Shown here: positions 22,985 through 24,000 of the stretch, piece by piece
Layout: each line of letters opens with the position of its first letter
Numbering within the stretch: position 1 is the stretch's first letter
Assembly: GCA_005883215.1 (NCBI GenBank)
Contig: VAYS01000016.1
Location: forward strand, 27,066-51,065
Direction of reading: 5' to 3'
DNA: 24,000 nucleotides
Source: Actinomycetota bacterium
GTDB taxonomy: Bacteria > Actinomycetota > Thermoleophilia > Solirubrobacterales > Solirubrobacteraceae
Translations under genes and position numbers: made by a program
The notes under the pieces: generated by a model
Told to the model about the DNA's origin: nothing
Seen by the model: only the letters and a program-made list of their open reading frames with translations
Database searches by the model: none

Positions 22985-24000
22985 ATGAGCCCGGCAGGGA
23001 TGCTGCAGGCCCGCCTGGTCGGGAGGCCCCCCGTCGTTGAGTTTTCGCGCGCCGCGGCCGACGTCCCCGATGACCTGTGGTTCGCGCTACCGGTGCAGCT
23101 CGGCAGCGCCCGGGGCAGCCGCAATGGGGCCCAGCGCCTGGCTGTCCCCGTCGAGCGCTTCCTCGGCGGGCGGCGCTGGCTGGCCGAGGCCTGCACCCGC
23201 TACGACGTCGGGCTCGACTTCAACCCCGAGCTGTTGGAGCTGCTGCAACGCAGTCAACTCGAGAGCGCGGCGCTCGACGAGCGCCTGGCGGCGACCCCCA
23301 GCGTCGCCGCCGCGGCTCAGGCCGCCGTCCCCGATGTGCGCGTCGCCGCTGACTCGCGCTACATCCGCGACCTGCGGGCCTTCCAGGATCGCGACCTGCG
23401 CAAGCTCCTGACCCTCGACCACGGCGCCAACTTCTCGGTTCCCGGCGCCGGCAAGACCTCGGTCGCCTACGGCATCTACGAGAGCGCCCGCGTCGCCGGC
23501 CAGGTCGATCGGCTCCTGGTCGTGGCCCCGCTATCGGCCTTCGAGTCCTGGGAGGTCGAGGCCCAGAGCTGCTTCAGCACCCCACCGCGCATCCAGCGCT
23601 TCGCCGGCCACATCCCCCACGGCACCGAGGTGGTCCTCGTTAACTACCAACGGCTCGAGAACCACCTCAGCGCCCTGGCCGGGTGGCTGCTCGAGGGCCG
23701 CGCCCACTTGATCCTCGATGAGGCCCATCGTATGAAGCGCGGGCGCAGCGGTCAGTGGGGCACGAACTGCTTGAACCTGGCCCCGCTGGCCCGCCGGCGC
23801 GACATCCTGACCGGGACCCCGGCGCCTCAAGGCCCCCGCGACTTCATCGCCCTCGTCGATTTCATCTGGCCCAATCAAGCCCGGCGCATTCTCCCCGGCG
23901 CGGCGCTGGTCTCCGACCCAGCACCGGAGACCATGGGCGATGTCAGCCAGGCCATCGAGCCGCTGTTCGTGCGGACGACCAAGAGCGAGCTGGGCCTCGA
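22985..24000 (+). CDS. SNF2-family (DEAD/DEAH-box superfamily 2) helicase; 5' part only, continuing beyond the window
   Basis: My own translation from ATG 22985 (GGAG lies 10 nt upstream) gives motif I FSVPGAGKTS, Ia LLVVAPLSAFESW, II LILDEAHRMK and III ILTGTPAPQGPRDF. No stop occurs before position 24000, which is why it is missing from the ORF track. Confidence 0.8.
   Translation, partial: MSPAGMLQARLVGRPPVVEFSRAAADVPDDLWFALPVQLGSARGSRNGAQRLAVPVERFLGGRRWLAEACTRYDVGLDFNPELLELLQRSQLESAALDERLAATPSVAAAAQAAVPDVRVAADSRYIRDLRAFQDRDLRKLLTLDHGANFSVPGAGKTSVAYGIYESARVAGQVDRLLVVAPLSAFESWEVEAQSCFSTPPRIQRFAGHIPHGTEVVLVNYQRLENHLSALAGWLLEGRAHLILDEAHRMKRGRSGQWGTNCLNLAPLARRRDILTGTPAPQGPRDFIALVDFIWPNQARRILPGAALVSDPAPETMGDVSQAIEPLFVRTTKSELGL

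Noticed and set aside
23536-23548. A TTCGAGTCC match to the tRNA-Thr T-arm, considered as a possible attR
   Set aside because: Only 9 nt are identical. The match lies inside the SNF2 helicase reading frame (encoding AFESW) and the flanks do not match the tRNA.

Overview
This is a high-G+C, actinobacterial-type chromosome segment, and most long antisense ORFs in the track are GC shadows. The window splits into two parts.

**Positions 1-9.7 kb: core genes**
- A disrupted CPA2 cation/H+ antiporter.
- pgsA, folE2 and the principal sigma factor.
- An OmpR-type two-component operon lying head-to-head with a secreted trypsin-like protease.
- tRNA-Tyr, followed by small genes and an alpha/beta hydrolase.
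- tRNA-Thr with its terminator.

**Positions 9.7 kb to the end: accessory DNA starting directly after tRNA-Thr**
- (a) A very compact six-gene cassette at 9935-14027. It holds a DUF43/BpsA-like SAM-type transferase coupled to an unknown protein, a coupled XRE-HTH / ImmA-IrrE peptidase / PIN-like operon, and a full-length paralog of the unknown protein.
- (b) An HTH gene plus an unknown 206-aa gene.
- (c) An integrative, mobilizable module on the minus strand. It encodes a tyrosine integrase, excisionase-type HTH proteins, an M48 peptidase, a TraD/VirD4-like coupling ATPase, a replication-relaxation protein and a small wHTH protein. It is driven by an apparently leaderless promoter with a palindromic operator.
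- (d) A repeat-rich 670-bp control region.
- (e) A ParB-like gene followed by an SNF2 helicase gene that runs off the window.

The best candidate for an undescribed system is cassette (a). The ParB-like/SNF2 operon is the second candidate. No CRISPR array, rRNA or transposase was seen.
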